From positions 445-64,444 of the IMG/VR virus record IMGVR_UViG_3300043781_000069: 64,000 nt of DNA, one strand, 5' to 3'. Positions 29,111 through 40,602 of the stretch are shown one piece after another. The translations under genes and the position numbers were made by a program. Origin of the DNA: a virus (lineage: Duplodnaviria > Caudoviricetes). Below the pieces are notes generated by a model. It was not told the origin of the DNA and searched no databases. It worked only from the letters and a program-made list of their open reading frames with translations. Position 1 is the stretch's first letter. Every line of letters begins with the position of its first letter.

Positions 29111-30446
29111 ATATCAACAATATGCAACTCGGTTTATTTTGGACCATCCCGTAGCAGCCATCTTGCTTGATATGGGACTTGGCAAGAGTGTCATTACCCT
29201 AACTGCTATTAAGCAGCTTATTCAGCAAGGTAAAGTTCAACGAGTATTAGTTGTCGCACCACTGCGCGTGGCAAAACAAACCTGGCCAGAAGAAATTGAA
29301 AAATGGGACCACTTAAAGGACCTTACCTACTCGGTCGTCACTGGTTCTAGGCTACAACGCATTAAAGCACTACAACAAGATGTCGACATTTATATCATCA
29401 ATCGGGAAAACTTGAAATGGCTAATTGAATCCTCTGGTAATTCCTTTGACTACGACATGTTGGTGATCGATGAACTCTCTAGTTTTAAGTCTTACCGCTC
29501 ACAACGCTTCAAAGCCCTCAAACGAGTACGACCTCTGATTAAACGCGTGGTTGGCTTAACAGGTACACCGTCGTCTAATGGCTTGATGGATCTGTGGGCA
29601 GAGTTCCGCGTACTGGACATGGGCCAACGACTCGGCCGCTTTATCTCATCTTACCGGATGAACTACTTTGACCCCGACAAGCGAAACATGTATCAAGTGT
29701 TTACCTACAAACCTAAGCCCGGTGCTGAGCAAAGTATCTACCGTGCCATTGATGACATCACCATTTCTATGAAGTCTAAGGACTACTTGAATCTGCCACC
29801 ATTAACTATGAACACCGTTCCGGTAAAAATGAGTAATAGTGAGCAGGCTATCTATGATGAGCTTAACGCCCAGCTAGTAGTTTCAACCCAGGGTAAACAA
29901 ATCGATGCCTGAACGCTGCTAGCTTGTCGAATAAACTTTGCCAGATGGCCAATGGTTGTGTCTACGACGACCAGCAGCAGATTGTTCAAATTCACCAGCG
30001 AAAACTTGATGCCCTTGAAGATTTGGTTGAAGCTGCTAATGGTAAACCTGTCTTGGTAGCTTACTGGTTCAAGCATGATCTAATCCAGATTAAAAGTCGT
30101 TTCAAGGTTCGTGAGATCAAAACACCCCGTGACATTCAGGACTGGAATGCCTGGTAAGATTCCTTTAGCTTTGATCCACCCCGCTTCTGCTGGTCATGGT
30201 CTTAACCTGCAGGCTGGTGGTGCTACCTTAATCTGGTATGGATTAACTTGGAGTCTGGAACTTTACCAGCAAACCAACGCTCGGCTCTGGCGGCAAGGAC
30301 AGCGTCAGCCAGTAGTTATCCACCACATCATCACCGAAGGCACCATTGACGAAAACATTCTGGCGGCCCTGAAACGCAAAGACAAAACCCAGTTAGCTTT
30401 AATTAACGCAGTGAAAGCCAACCTGAAAGGAAGTGTTATGGCATGA
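29091..30446 (+). pseudogene. SNF2-family helicase, two frameshifts
   Basis: LDMGLGKS, VIDELSSFK, GLTGTP, HPASAGHGLNLQ over three ORFs. Confidence 0.88.
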
Positions 30447-30910
30447 GTATCATGTGGAACTACTTAGACAAACGACGAGCAACCGTCGCAGCCTTGAAAG
30501 ATTACGATGGTATGAAGTTCATCATTAACTCTTACCAAGACGACTTGAAGCTAGCCAAGGAACAAATGATTGGTGTCAGTTCGCCACGCTACGGTTTCGT
30601 ACCTGGCAGCAGTAAAAAAGATAACCCAACTGAGCATCGCCTGCTGCATGGCATCGATGAGACAACCAAGCTGAATGAACGCTACCAACAAGCCCAACTT
30701 TACTTCAAGTGGTTCGAGCCAGCCTGGCAAGAGTTATCTGAAGACGAGCGCTTTGTTTTAGATGTCTGCTATCGCACTCCAAACCAGTCAATGAACGAGG
30801 GACTAACCATCGTGATGGACAAGTACTTCATTGCGAAAACCACTGCTTACAATCGAAAGAACAAAGCACTCGATCACCTCACGCTCTTACTTTATGGATC
30901 CCATCATTAG
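30443..30910 (+). CDS. RinA/ArpU-like late transcriptional activator
   Basis: Close paralogue of 3894-4361; same position before HNH. Confidence 0.65.
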   Translation: MSIMWNYLDKRRATVAALKDYDGMKFIINSYQDDLKLAKEQMIGVSSPRYGFVPGSSKKDNPTEHRLLHGIDETTKLNERYQQAQLYFKWFEPAWQELSEDERFVLDVCYRTPNQSMNEGLTIVMDKYFIAKTTAYNRKNKALDHLTLLLYGSHH

Positions 30911-31057
30911 AAAGGTAAAACGCAGAACAAACAATCAGCTTATCCATGTTACGATGGTAGTGTAGAAAATTAGGATAAAGGCATTTGCTTTATAACATTG
31001 AAGCCTAGCGGTGCAAACTGCTGGGCTTTTCTTATGCCCTCAGAAAGGAGGAGTGTC

Positions 31058-31435
31058 ATGCCTTACTCACCCAAGAAACCTTGTCGTTACCCTGGCTGCC
31101 CGCGACTAACCCACAACACTTATTGTGACGTCCATGCTAAGCAAGTCAGTTCTCACTACAATCGTTACCAACGACCAAAACGTAGTCGTCCGCGCTATCA
31201 TCGTGGCTGGCCAAAGATCAGACAAAGGTACCTACTCCACCATCCCTTCTGTGAGATGTGCCTGAGCCAAGGAAGGTATACCCAAGCTACCGAGGTCCAT
31301 CACGTTCTGCCCTTAGAGCACGGTGGCACCAACGAGTTCAAGAACCTGATGGCATTATGTAAGCCATGCCACTCCCGCATCACCGCCCAGATGGATGATC
31401 GCTGGCATAAAAAGCCACGTCGATATCATTACTAA
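31058..31435 (+). CDS. Packaging-associated HNH endonuclease
   Basis: CEMC..HHVLP..GGTN..NLMALCKPCH. Confidence 0.9.
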   Translation: MPYSPKKPCRYPGCPRLTHNTYCDVHAKQVSSHYNRYQRPKRSRPRYHRGWPKIRQRYLLHHPFCEMCLSQGRYTQATEVHHVLPLEHGGTNEFKNLMALCKPCHSRITAQMDDRWHKKPRRYHY

Positions 31436-31440
31436 ACCAC

Positions 31441-31535
31441 GGAGGGGGCCATCGAATCCTTAAAAATTTTTCGCGCGGGAGCGGGCCTGGGCCTTCGTGT
31501 ACAAAAAATTGAAATCAAACAGGGTATTAACCCCT
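31441..31535. other. Putative cos region (element 2)
   Basis: GC-rich HNH-terS spacer nearly identical to 4890-4985. Confidence 0.5.
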
Positions 31536-31554
31536 GCCGGAAGGAGGGAGAGAT

Positions 31555-32096
31555 TTGGCTAAAGATGGTACGAATCGTGGTGGAGCGCGAGTTGGGGCTG
31601 GCAGAAAATCTAAATCACTTCACGATAAGCTCGAAGCTGGCCAAGAAGCAACCGTCATCGATTTGCCAGAACCAGCTAATCTGGAAGGTCACGTGATGCC
31701 GCCAGTCAAGAAGTACCTCAAGGCCAAACAGAAGAATGGTTTAGAATTTGACGCCGCTGATATTTTCAAAGAAACCTGGGAATGGTTGGTCGAGCGTGGT
31801 TGTGAAAAACTAGTTAACACTCAGCTGATTGAACAATATGCCTGTTAGCGTCAGCCGGTGGATCAGTGTGAAGAATGTATCTCTAAGTTTGGTTTCTCGC
31901 TCGCCACCCTACGACTGGTAACGCAATTGCTTCACCATATGTTTCCATGAGCCGCGACTATATGAAACAGTCCAGCCAATTATGGTTTCAAATTTTTCAA
32001 GTGGTTAAGGAAAATAACGCCACAACTTATCAAGGATCAACACCACAAGATGATGTCATGGAACGGCTCTTAAGAAGCCGGAAAGGAATGAACTAA
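31555..32096 (+). pseudogene. terS: Terminase small subunit, about three single-base indels at 31840-31900
   Basis: Colinear with intact 5005-5547 to the same RKGMN* end. Confidence 0.85.
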
Positions 32097-33308
32097 TGAA
32101 ATTTGTTAAAAAGAAAATTACCGATTTAATCCCTGCCGATTACAATCCAAGGAAGGATCTCAAGCCTGGTGATCCTGATTATGAAAAATTAAAACGCTCG
32201 ATGCATGAATTTGGCTATGTCGATCCAATTATTTGGAACCAACAAACTGGTCACGTGGTTGGTGGCCACCAACGGTTAAAAATCCTCCAAGATGAAGGAA
32301 TCCAGGAAGCCGAATGTGTGGTCGTTAGTCTGGATGATGAGAAAGAAAAGACACTGAACATTGCGCTCAACAAGATCAGTGGTGATTGGGATAAGGATAA
32401 GTTAGCCCTCCTAATGACTGACTTACAAGCCAGTGATCTAGATGTTTCATTAACGGGCTTTGACGAGAATGAGATCTCCGACCTTCTTGGCACGGCTGAC
32501 GACACGCATGATGATGACTTTGACGTTGATAGTGAATTGACTAAACCAACCTTCTCTAAAGCAGGAGATCTTTGGCACCTAGGAAAGCACACATTGCTAT
32601 GTGGTGATGCTACAAAAAAGGAAAGTTTCCATAAATTACTCAGCGATAATAAGGTTAACTTAGTTCTTACTGATCCACCATACAACGTTGATTACCAAAG
32701 TAAAGCCGGCAAGATTAAGAACGATCATCAGGATAATGATAAGTTCTATAAATTTTTATTAGCTGCTTTTCAAAATACGAATCAAGCAATGGCTAATGAC
32801 GCCAGCATCTATGTTTTCCATGCCGATACGGAAGGACTGAACTTCCGGCGAGCCTTTCAAGATGCTGGTTTTTATCTATCCGGTTGTTGTATCTGGAAAA
32901 AAGCAATCATTAGTGCTTGGTCGCTCACCCTACCAGTGGCAGCATGAGCCAGTTCTATATGGCTGGAAGAAAGATGGTAAACACGAATGGTACACCGGAC
33001 GAAAGGAATCTACCATCTGGGAATTTGATCGTCCAAAGCAAAGTAAGGAACACCCAACGATGAAACCAATCCCATTACTAGCCTATCCAATCATGAACTC
33101 TACTATGTCGAACTGCACGGTTCTTGATCCATTCGGCGGTTCTGGTTCGACTCTGATTGCTTGTGAACAGACTAATCGGATTTGCTACATGATGGAGCTG
33201 GATCCTAAATATTGCGATGTGATTGTTAATCGCTACATCAAACAAGTCGATTCGGATCAGAAAGTCAGTGTGGAAAGAGATGGTAAAACATTCCTTACAG
33301 TAAGTTAA
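32096..33308 (+). pseudogene. ParB-N + N6/N4 DNA methyltransferase, frameshift in A-run near 32900
   Basis: DYNPRK, VGGHQR, TDPPY, HPTMKP, VLDPFGGSGST. Confidence 0.88.
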
Positions 33309-33392
33309 AAAGCCGGCCTAAACGTCGAAAAGCCTTGCTATCTGTGCCTTTTAGAGTGATGTATACAGTGATCAAACAAGGAGGTACAGAAT

Positions 33393-34013
33393 ATGGAAAT
33401 TAATTTTAATGTTCATGGCCAACAGCGCAAAAAGTTAGTCGAACAGATTGCTGAATACACTCAGCAAAAGGCAGAGTATCAGTACACACCAACTTATGCA
33501 TACCAGATTGGCAAGTACACTGTTAACAAAGATGGAGTCCTAACATCCCCGGATGAGATTCCTCGGCAATTTAATCGACATCTTAAGCAACAGGGATTCC
33601 ACCCAGCTGAACTAGTCAAGTTGAACATAGCATACCGCCGCAGATGAGTTTACTGATCAAGCTCTTAGATAACCTGCGCCACCTAATCTGGGCCAAGGGA
33701 CAGTTAATCAAAGACGCTTGCCAGCTGAATCTCTGCACTTAACGTTGATGACCAACAGGTAACATTTAACTGGTTCAACAAGGTAAAGCTTGATGATGCC
33801 ACAGCTTATCAACAATTTATCGACAAACTTGTGCAATATGCAAAAGATCATCAACGGATTGTGTCAGAACCTCATGAAGAAAGCAATGAGAAATATGCTT
33901 TTCGTTGTTTTCTACTACGCCTGGGTTTTATCGGTCCCGAATACAAAACACAACGGAAAGTACTGTTACGAAATTTAGCCGGATCAGCTGCTTTTAAGAA
34001 TCAGGAGGCCTAA
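33393..34013 (+). pseudogene. Conserved phage hypothetical protein (often labelled virulence-related), fragmented
   Basis: PTYAYQIG N-part and [34 protein letters not shown]-part in separate frames. Confidence 0.7.
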
Positions 34014-34015
34014 TC

Positions 34016-34222
34016 ATGAGCAGAATCAAAGATGAACTAGCTAGACGTGACCGAATTCGCCAGCAGGTCTTACAAATTCGCAATACTGGCGAAGTAAACA
34101 TGTTTGATATCGAGAATGTTAAACGACTGGCCTACTATTACAACTGCCACGATTTGATCGATTACCTGACTACTGAACGGGCCGGCTATGTCAATTTGAT
34201 TTTAACTGGTAAATTCAATTAA
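34016..34222 (+). CDS. DUF5049-like protein
   Basis: IRQQVLQIRNTGEVNMFD..YVNLILTG. Confidence 0.75.
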   Translation: MSRIKDELARRDRIRQQVLQIRNTGEVNMFDIENVKRLAYYYNCHDLIDYLTTERAGYVNLILTGKFN

Positions 34223-34285
34223 TCATTAAGCATTGAGTTCATTCTCAGTGCTTTTTTAGTACAACTGAAAGGATGTGATGCCCTC

Positions 34286-35883
34286 TTGCGAAAAATAAAA
34301 GATTACAAGCCAACTAGGTTCATGGCCAAGGACTCTACTTATAACAAAGACGCAGCTGATTTTGCAGTTTCATTTATCGAATGCCTATGCCATACCAAAG
34401 GGACCTGGGCAGGAAAACCGTTTGATTTAATTGATTGGCAAGAGAAAATAATTCGTGATATCTTTGGCATTCTTAAGCCTGATGGCTACCGTCAATTCAA
34501 CACTGCTTATGTTGAAATTCCCAAGAAGCAAGGAAAGTCAGAACTAGCCGCTGCCGTTGCCCTCCTACTTTGTTGTGCTGATGGAGAAGAGCGGGCGGAA
34601 GTTTATGGCTGCGCGGCTGATCGTCAACAGGCCGCCATTGTTTTTGACGTGGCTGCCGATATGGTACGGATGAATCCTGCCTTGAAGAAGCGGTGCAAGA
34701 TCTTAGCTTCTCAGAAGCGCTTGATCTATGAACCAACTAATAGTTTCTACCAAGTCTTGTCCGCCGACGCCTACTCCAAGCATGGCTTTAATGTTTCTGG
34801 CGTTATTTTTGATGAATTGCATACTCAGCCTAACCGTAAACTTTATGACGTTATGACTAAGGGCTCTGGGGACGCTCGTACTCAACCGCTCTACTTTTTG
34901 ATCACGACGGCTGGTAACGATGAAAATTCAATCTGTTATCAGGTCCACCAAAAAGCCATTGACATCATGAAGGGACGTAAACATGACCCTCGCTTCTACC
35001 CAGTCATTTACGGTGCCGGACGTGACGAAGATTGGTCAAGTCCCGAAGTTTGGAAGAAAGCTAATCCCTCCCTGGGTATCACGTCAAGATGGAGAAGGTT
35101 AAGGATGCTTATAATTCAGCTAAGGAGAATCCGGCTGAAGAGAACACCTTCCGACAACTACGGTTAAATCAGTGGGTGAAGCAAGATGTTCGATGGATGC
35201 CGATGGACAAATGGGATGCTTGTGCATTTCCTGTTGATCCCGATGAGTTACGTGGTCACGATTGCTATGGTGGCCTTGACCTGTCATCAACTACTGATAT
35301 TACGGCTTTTGTACTGGTGTTTCCTCCTAGAGATGATTCAGAAGGTTACACCCTGCTACCTTACTTCTGGATTCCCGAGGATAACGTTGATTTGCGGGTT
35401 CGCCGTGATCATGTCCCCTACGATATTTGGAAGCAGCAGGGATATCTACAAACCACGGAAGGTAATGTAGTTCACTACGGTTTTATTGAACAATTTATTG
35501 ATGATCTTGGTAAAAAATACCACATCAAAGAAATCGCCTTTGACCGATGGGGTGCGGTAGAAATGGTTCAAAATCTCGAAGGTATGGGATTCACTGTAGT
35601 TCCATTTGGTCAGGGATTTAAAGATATGACCCCACCAACTAAAGAACTAATGCGATTAACTCTGGAAAAGAAGATCGCTCATGGTGGTCACCCAGTATTA
35701 CGCTGGATGATGGACAACATCTACATCCGCACTGACCCAGCCGGGAATATCAAACCTGATAAGGCTAAGTCAACCGAAAAAATTGATGGCGTAGTGGCCA
35801 CCATTATGGGACTGGATCGTGCTATCCGAAATGAGGATAATGGTGATTCTGTTTATGATGGTCGAGGTTTATTGATGTTGTAA
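34286..35883 (+). pseudogene. terL: Terminase large subunit, one frameshift near 35085
   Basis: IPKKQGKS (Walker A), IFDELH, ITTAG; GGLDLSSTTD, KIDGVVA nuclease motifs. Confidence 0.92.
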
Positions 35884-35911
35884 TTGCGAAGAACTGAAAG
35901 GAGTTGATGCC

Positions 35912-37186
35912 ATGAGTCTATTTAATAAATTGTTCCATACCAATAAAGCTTCACCCAAAAACACCCTATCCAGCACCATGTCATTTTTCTTCGGCAGTTC
36001 GATGGCTGGCCAAAATGTGACCGAACGCACCGCAATGCAGAATACTGCAGTTTATGCTTGTGTTCGAGTCTTGGCTGAAGGATTAGCTGAACTGCCACTC
36101 CATATTTATCAATATACCAGCGATGGTGGGAAAAAGCGGGCAACTAACCACCCGCTTTATTTTTTGCTTCATGATGCGCCAAATCCAGAAATGACCAGTT
36201 TTATCTTTCGCGAAACCATGATGAACCATTTATTACTGTGGGGTAATGCCTATGCACAAATCATTCGAAACGGTCAAGGCAAGATCACTGGGCTCTATCC
36301 TTTGATGCCAGATCGAATGGACGTTAACCGTGCTGCTAACGGTGAAATCTACTACACCTATACTCGCAACTATGATGATTACCAGGCAAAGAATAAATCG
36401 AAGCAAGTAATTCTCTTGTCCGATGAAGTCCTTCACATCGCAGGGTTAGGATTTGATGGTTTGATTGGTTACAGTCCTATTGCTATGGCTAAGAATGCTA
36501 TTGGATTATCCATGGCTGCCGAACAATATGGGGCCACCTTTTTCAAAAATGATGCCACACCTGGTGGTGTTCTCGAGCATCCTAATGTAGTCAAAGATCC
36601 CGAACGGCTCCGGAAAAGTTGGCAATCACAATTTTCGGGATCTAATAATCACAGCATTGCTGTTTTGGAAGAAGGAATGACTTTTCATCAGCTTTCCATT
36701 CCACCCGACCAAGCGCAATTTCTTGATACTCGAAAATTCCAACTCGACGAAATCGCCAGAATTTTTCGTGTACCACCGCATATGGTTGGTGACCTAGATC
36801 GTTCGACATTCTCAAATATCGAGCAACAATCACTAGAATTTGTAAAGTACACCCTGAACCCTTGGTGCATTCGCTGGGAACAAGCTATGAATCAACAGCT
36901 TCTTTCCGCTGATGATCAACGAAAGTTTTTCGTCAAATTCAATGTTGATGGATTACTACGTGGCGATTACGAAAGCCGAATGAATGGCTATGCTATTGGG
37001 CGCCAAAATGGTTGGCTGTCTGCAAATGATATTCGAGAACTGGAGGACCTCAACCGCATCCCAGCAAACGAAGGTGGTGATCAATACTTGGTTAACGGTA
37101 ATATGCTACCACTCAGTCAAGCTGGTAACTTCTATCAAAAGCAATCTGCAAATAAGAACACAGAAAGTGAGGATGATCAATCTTGA
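35912..37186 (+). CDS. HK97-family portal protein
   Basis: AVYACVRVLAE, LLWGNAY, IGYSPI, FRVPPHM, FSNIEQQ. Confidence 0.93.
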   Translation: MSLFNKLFHTNKASPKNTLSSTMSFFFGSSMAGQNVTERTAMQNTAVYACVRVLAEGLAELPLHIYQYTSDGGKKRATNHPLYFLLHDAPNPEMTSFIFRETMMNHLLLWGNAYAQIIRNGQGKITGLYPLMPDRMDVNRAANGEIYYTYTRNYDDYQAKNKSKQVILLSDEVLHIAGLGFDGLIGYSPIAMAKNAIGLSMAAEQYGATFFKNDATPGGVLEHPNVVKDPERLRKSWQSQFSGSNNHSIAVLEEGMTFHQLSIPPDQAQFLDTRKFQLDEIARIFRVPPHMVGDLDRSTFSNIEQQSLEFVKYTLNPWCIRWEQAMNQQLLSADDQRKFFVKFNVDGLLRGDYESRMNGYAIGRQNGWLSANDIRELEDLNRIPANEGGDQYLVNGNMLPLSQAGNFYQKQSANKNTESEDDQS

Positions 37187-37854
37187 AACGCTTCTGGAAC
37201 TGGAATCAAGATGGCGATCAGCGTCAGCTAGCTATTTCTGGGGTAATTGCTCCCGATAGCTGGATTCATGACGATGTTTCGCCACAAGTATTCCAAGATG
37301 AACTTAATGAAAGCCAAGGACCAATCGATCTCTGGCTTAACTCACCCGGTGGCGACTGCACCGCTGCCAGTCAAATCTACACGATGTTGATGAATTATCC
37401 AAATGACGTCAACGTCAAAATCTCAGGAATTGCGGCTTCGGCAGCTTCAGTCATTGCCATGGCAGGGACGACCGTTTCGATGGCTCCTTCTGCTATGCTG
37501 ATGATCCACAATCCCTTAACCATTGTTGGTGGCCAAGAAAAGGATCTCGATCACGCAGCTCAAATGCTAGTGGAAACTAAAGAAGCCATTATCAATGCTT
37601 ACGAACTGAAAACAAACCTACCCCGCGAGAAGATTTCAGCCATGATGGATGACGAAACCTGGATGAACGTCAATAAAGCGATCGAGTTGGGCTTCGCTGA
37701 CGATATGCTAGGTCAAAACAAAGATGTCACGGATTGTTACTCCTATTCAGATAAACAATCTGAATTGGTTCTATTGAACAAGCTAAAACCACAAGCAAAA
37801 TCTAATATCTCTGTAAAGTCGCTGCAAAAGCGGCTTTCTTTGTTATCACACTAA
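37183..37854 (+). CDS. ClpP-like head maturation protease
   Basis: LNSPGGD, AASAASVIAMAG, LMIHNP, ETWM..AIELGFAD. Confidence 0.92.
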   Translation: MKRFWNWNQDGDQRQLAISGVIAPDSWIHDDVSPQVFQDELNESQGPIDLWLNSPGGDCTAASQIYTMLMNYPNDVNVKISGIAASAASVIAMAGTTVSMAPSAMLMIHNPLTIVGGQEKDLDHAAQMLVETKEAIINAYELKTNLPREKISAMMDDETWMNVNKAIELGFADDMLGQNKDVTDCYSYSDKQSELVLLNKLKPQAKSNISVKSLQKRLSLLSH

Positions 37855-37873
37855 TTTTTAGGAGGACTTATCA

Positions 37874-39052
37874 ATGAGTAAAATTACTGAATTACAAGAA
37901 AAGCGTGCCCGTATTTGGAAACAAGCAAAGGATTTCCTAGATGCTAAGCAAAAGGAATCAGATGTACTCTCAGCCGAAGACAATGCCCGTTATGAAAAGA
38001 TGGAGCAAGAAGTTGTCGACTTAGGTAAGGAAATCAATCGACGGCACAAGCAGGCAGAAATTGAAGTGGCACTGAACCAACCTACCTGTAAGGCCCTTAC
38101 TAATTCCCCAACTGCTGATCAGCTACCAAAGAGACAGGATGCTTATGCAAAAGATTTCTGGCAAATGATGCGTGGACATGCCGTCGTGGATGCTCTTAAG
38201 GAAGGTGCGGACCCCGATGGTGGTTTCTTAGTGCCCGACGAATTTGAAAACCAACTTATCCAAAAGTTGCAAGAAGCAAACGTGCTGCGAACGATCAGTC
38301 ATGTCATCCAAACCAATAGCGGCGAACACAAAATTACAGTGGTAGCCAGTGAAGGTACTGCAGCCTGGCTCGAAGAAGAAGCGGCCTACACAGAGTCCAA
38401 CACTCAATTTAGTCAGGTGTCACTAGGCGCACATAAGTTGGGGACCCTGATCAAAGTATCAGAAGAATTACTAAACGATTCCGCATTTGATTTGATGTCT
38501 TATCTCTCCGATGAATTTGGACGCCGACTCGGTAATGCTGAAGAACAGGCCTTTTTAACCGGTACCGGTACTGGTCAACCTACTGGTATCCTAACCGACA
38601 CTAATGGCGCTTCAGCCGGATCCACAGCTGCCAAGGCCGATGCGTTAACTTTTGATGATTTAATTGACCTTTTCTATTCCTTAAAGGCGCCATATCGTCA
38701 AAACGCTGTCTTTTTGATGAACGATGATACCGTGAAAGCCATCCGCAAAATGAAAGATAAGAACGACCAATACATTTGGCAACCTTCCGTTCAGGTAGGC
38801 CAACCAGACCGAATTCTTAACTGTCCGGTTTACACTAGTCCATTCATGCCGACATTGGCTGCTGCTAATAAGCCAGTTCTTTTCGGTGACTTTAACTACT
38901 ACTGGATTGCAGATCGAGAAGGACGAACCTTCAAACGTCTGAATGAACTTTATGCCGTAACTGGTCAAGTTGGCTTCTTAGGCTCACAACGAGTTGACGG
39001 TAAAGTTATCCTACCAGAAGCAATTAAAACCTTGTCCATGGCTGCTAAATAG
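37874..39052 (+). CDS. HK97-fold major capsid protein with N-terminal delta domain
   Basis: GGFLVPDEF, VSEELLNDS, GTGQPTGI, FGDFNYY, RVDGK. Confidence 0.93.
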   Translation: MSKITELQEKRARIWKQAKDFLDAKQKESDVLSAEDNARYEKMEQEVVDLGKEINRRHKQAEIEVALNQPTCKALTNSPTADQLPKRQDAYAKDFWQMMRGHAVVDALKEGADPDGGFLVPDEFENQLIQKLQEANVLRTISHVIQTNSGEHKITVVASEGTAAWLEEEAAYTESNTQFSQVSLGAHKLGTLIKVSEELLNDSAFDLMSYLSDEFGRRLGNAEEQAFLTGTGTGQPTGILTDTNGASAGSTAAKADALTFDDLIDLFYSLKAPYRQNAVFLMNDDTVKAIRKMKDKNDQYIWQPSVQVGQPDRILNCPVYTSPFMPTLAAANKPVLFGDFNYYWIADREGRTFKRLNELYAVTGQVGFLGSQRVDGKVILPEAIKTLSMAAK

Positions 39053-39068
39053 AAAGGATTGATGAAAT

Positions 39069-39347
39069 GTGGCTGCTATTACTTTGGCCGAAGCAAAAGC
39101 CTACCTGAGGGTGGATAACACTGTTGAGGATGACCTAATTACGAAGTTAATTGGATCGGCAACAGCTACAGTCGAGAATGTACTTCGTCAACCACTATCC
39201 GCATTCGACCCCCTCCCCGATGATATTCATACCGCAATTCTTTATACCGTGGCTTACCTTTATGAATATCGGGAAACAGCTGATTTTGATGCCATGATTA
39301 AATTTCTTCGGGCCATCTTGTCCCCTTACCGGAAGGAGGAATTTTAA
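39069..39347 (+). CDS. Head-tail connector (HK97 gp6-like)
   Basis: ITLAEAKAYLRVD..EDDLI..AILYTVAYLYEYRE. Confidence 0.9.
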   Translation: MAAITLAEAKAYLRVDNTVEDDLITKLIGSATATVENVLRQPLSAFDPLPDDIHTAILYTVAYLYEYRETADFDAMIKFLRAILSPYRKEEF

Positions 39348-39730
39348 TGCAACAGCAAAACGAACGTATCAGTAAGATTGCTGATATTGGTGAGCTAGAT
39401 CGCCGCATTACGCTGACGAAAAAGAAATATGTCGGCGAAAATCCTAATACTGGAATGTCGATGTACAAGGATGTTCGCCTGGGCGATGTCTGGGCAAAAG
39501 TTTCTGCCCTGCACGGTCAAGAGTATTACACGGCGGTTAGTGTGAAGTTGGAAAAACAATTGTCCTTTATTATACGATATCGCGATGATGTTGACGAAGA
39601 AACCAACATTTGGTTTGAAGGCCATGGCTATAACATTGGTTTTATTGATGACGTCAAGTATAACCACGAGTATATGGAGATCAAGGCTGAATATTCGAGA
39701 GGAGTTGATAATCCGAATGAAGACAACTAG
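39347..39730 (+). CDS. Head-closure / head-tail adaptor (SPP1 gp16-like)
   Basis: IGELDRRITL..VWAKVSALHGQEY..FIIRYR..IWFEG..YNI. Confidence 0.85.
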   Translation: MQQQNERISKIADIGELDRRITLTKKKYVGENPNTGMSMYKDVRLGDVWAKVSALHGQEYYTAVSVKLEKQLSFIIRYRDDVDEETNIWFEGHGYNIGFIDDVKYNHEYMEIKAEYSRGVDNPNEDN

Positions 39731-40127
39731 TTTAACGGTAATCAATACTTGTTTTGGAGCTATTGGAGCCTTTCTTGGCTGGTTTCTAGGAGGACTCGAC
39801 GGTTTCTTATATGTTCTCCTGATTTTTATGGTCGTGGACTACATCACTGGAGTCCTTTGCGCAGTTAATGAGCATAAGCTCTCCAGCGAGATTGGCTTTC
39901 GTGGGCTTACGCGCAAAGTATTAATCCTATTGTTAGTTGGCATTGCACATTGCCTTGATATTTACCTATTAAAGAATGGTTCAGCAATCCGTACCGCTAC
40001 TATTTTCTTCTATATCTCTAATGAAGGTATTTCTCTATTAGAAAATATAAGCCGTCTGGGGCTACCCGTACCTGATAAATTGAAAAGTGTTCTCCAACAA
40101 TTGCACGATAAGGACGATAATAACTAA
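39717..40127 (+). CDS. Phage holin (toxin-secretion/phage lysis family)
   Basis: LGWFLGGLD..VVDYITG..LSSEIGFRG..FYISNEGISLLEN..GLPVP. Confidence 0.9.
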   Translation: MKTTSLTVINTCFGAIGAFLGWFLGGLDGFLYVLLIFMVVDYITGVLCAVNEHKLSSEIGFRGLTRKVLILLLVGIAHCLDIYLLKNGSAIRTATIFFYISNEGISLLENISRLGLPVPDKLKSVLQQLHDKDDNN

Positions 40128-40285
40128 CTTTTACCTGTGGACTGCGGTCTGCAGGCTTTTTGTTGTTTCTATGGTAAAATATCATCAGGTCTGAAATGGT
40201 GGGTCGCTCCCAACATGGAAGGCTTAGTGATAAGGACATGGTCGCATCACCCTTCAACTATTCCTGATAACGCGAGGTGATGACT

Positions 40286-40412
40286 ATGTTAATTTGGAAA
40301 GAATCGAGGACTCGGCATTACTGCCGCCATAGTTATCGTGGCAGTCGGCCAGTTGATCATTGACTGCGCCAAAGCCTACGCGATAATAAAAAAAGCCAAC
40401 CATAACGGTTAG
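40286..40412 (+). pseudogene. Small hydrophobic peptide, type I toxin-like (one extra base near 40298)
   Basis: GAGGTG RBS; removing one A gives MLIWKNRGLGITAAIVIVAVGQLIIDCAKAYAIIKKANHNG*. Confidence 0.55.
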
Positions 40413-40480
40413 CTTCATCCTCGATCATTCCTGATCACGCTTGAGGGTAACGAGATGCAGCTCGTTGCTCTCTTTTCTTT
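40388..40480 (-). ncRNA. Putative antisense antitoxin RNA
   Basis: Minus-strand TTGAAA-N17-TATCAT promoter (40513-40485); terminator hairpin 40393-40415 followed by U-run. Confidence 0.5.
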
Positions 40481-40556
40481 TATTATGATAGCTGATCTAT
40501 CCTGTTTTTTCAACTTTTTAGCTGGCAGTTTTCTGTCAGCTTTTTTCTTTTACCAT

Positions 40557-40594
40557 GGTTTACTTTTCGACCTCCGCTGGCTTATCAGTGGAGG
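40557..40594 (+). promoter_or_regulatory. Bipartite motif copy 3, upstream of recombinase operon
   Basis: GGTTTACTT-N11-CTGGCTTAT; CCTCC..GGAGG stem covers the RBS. Confidence 0.6.
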
Positions 40595-40602
40595 TAATTA
40601 AG

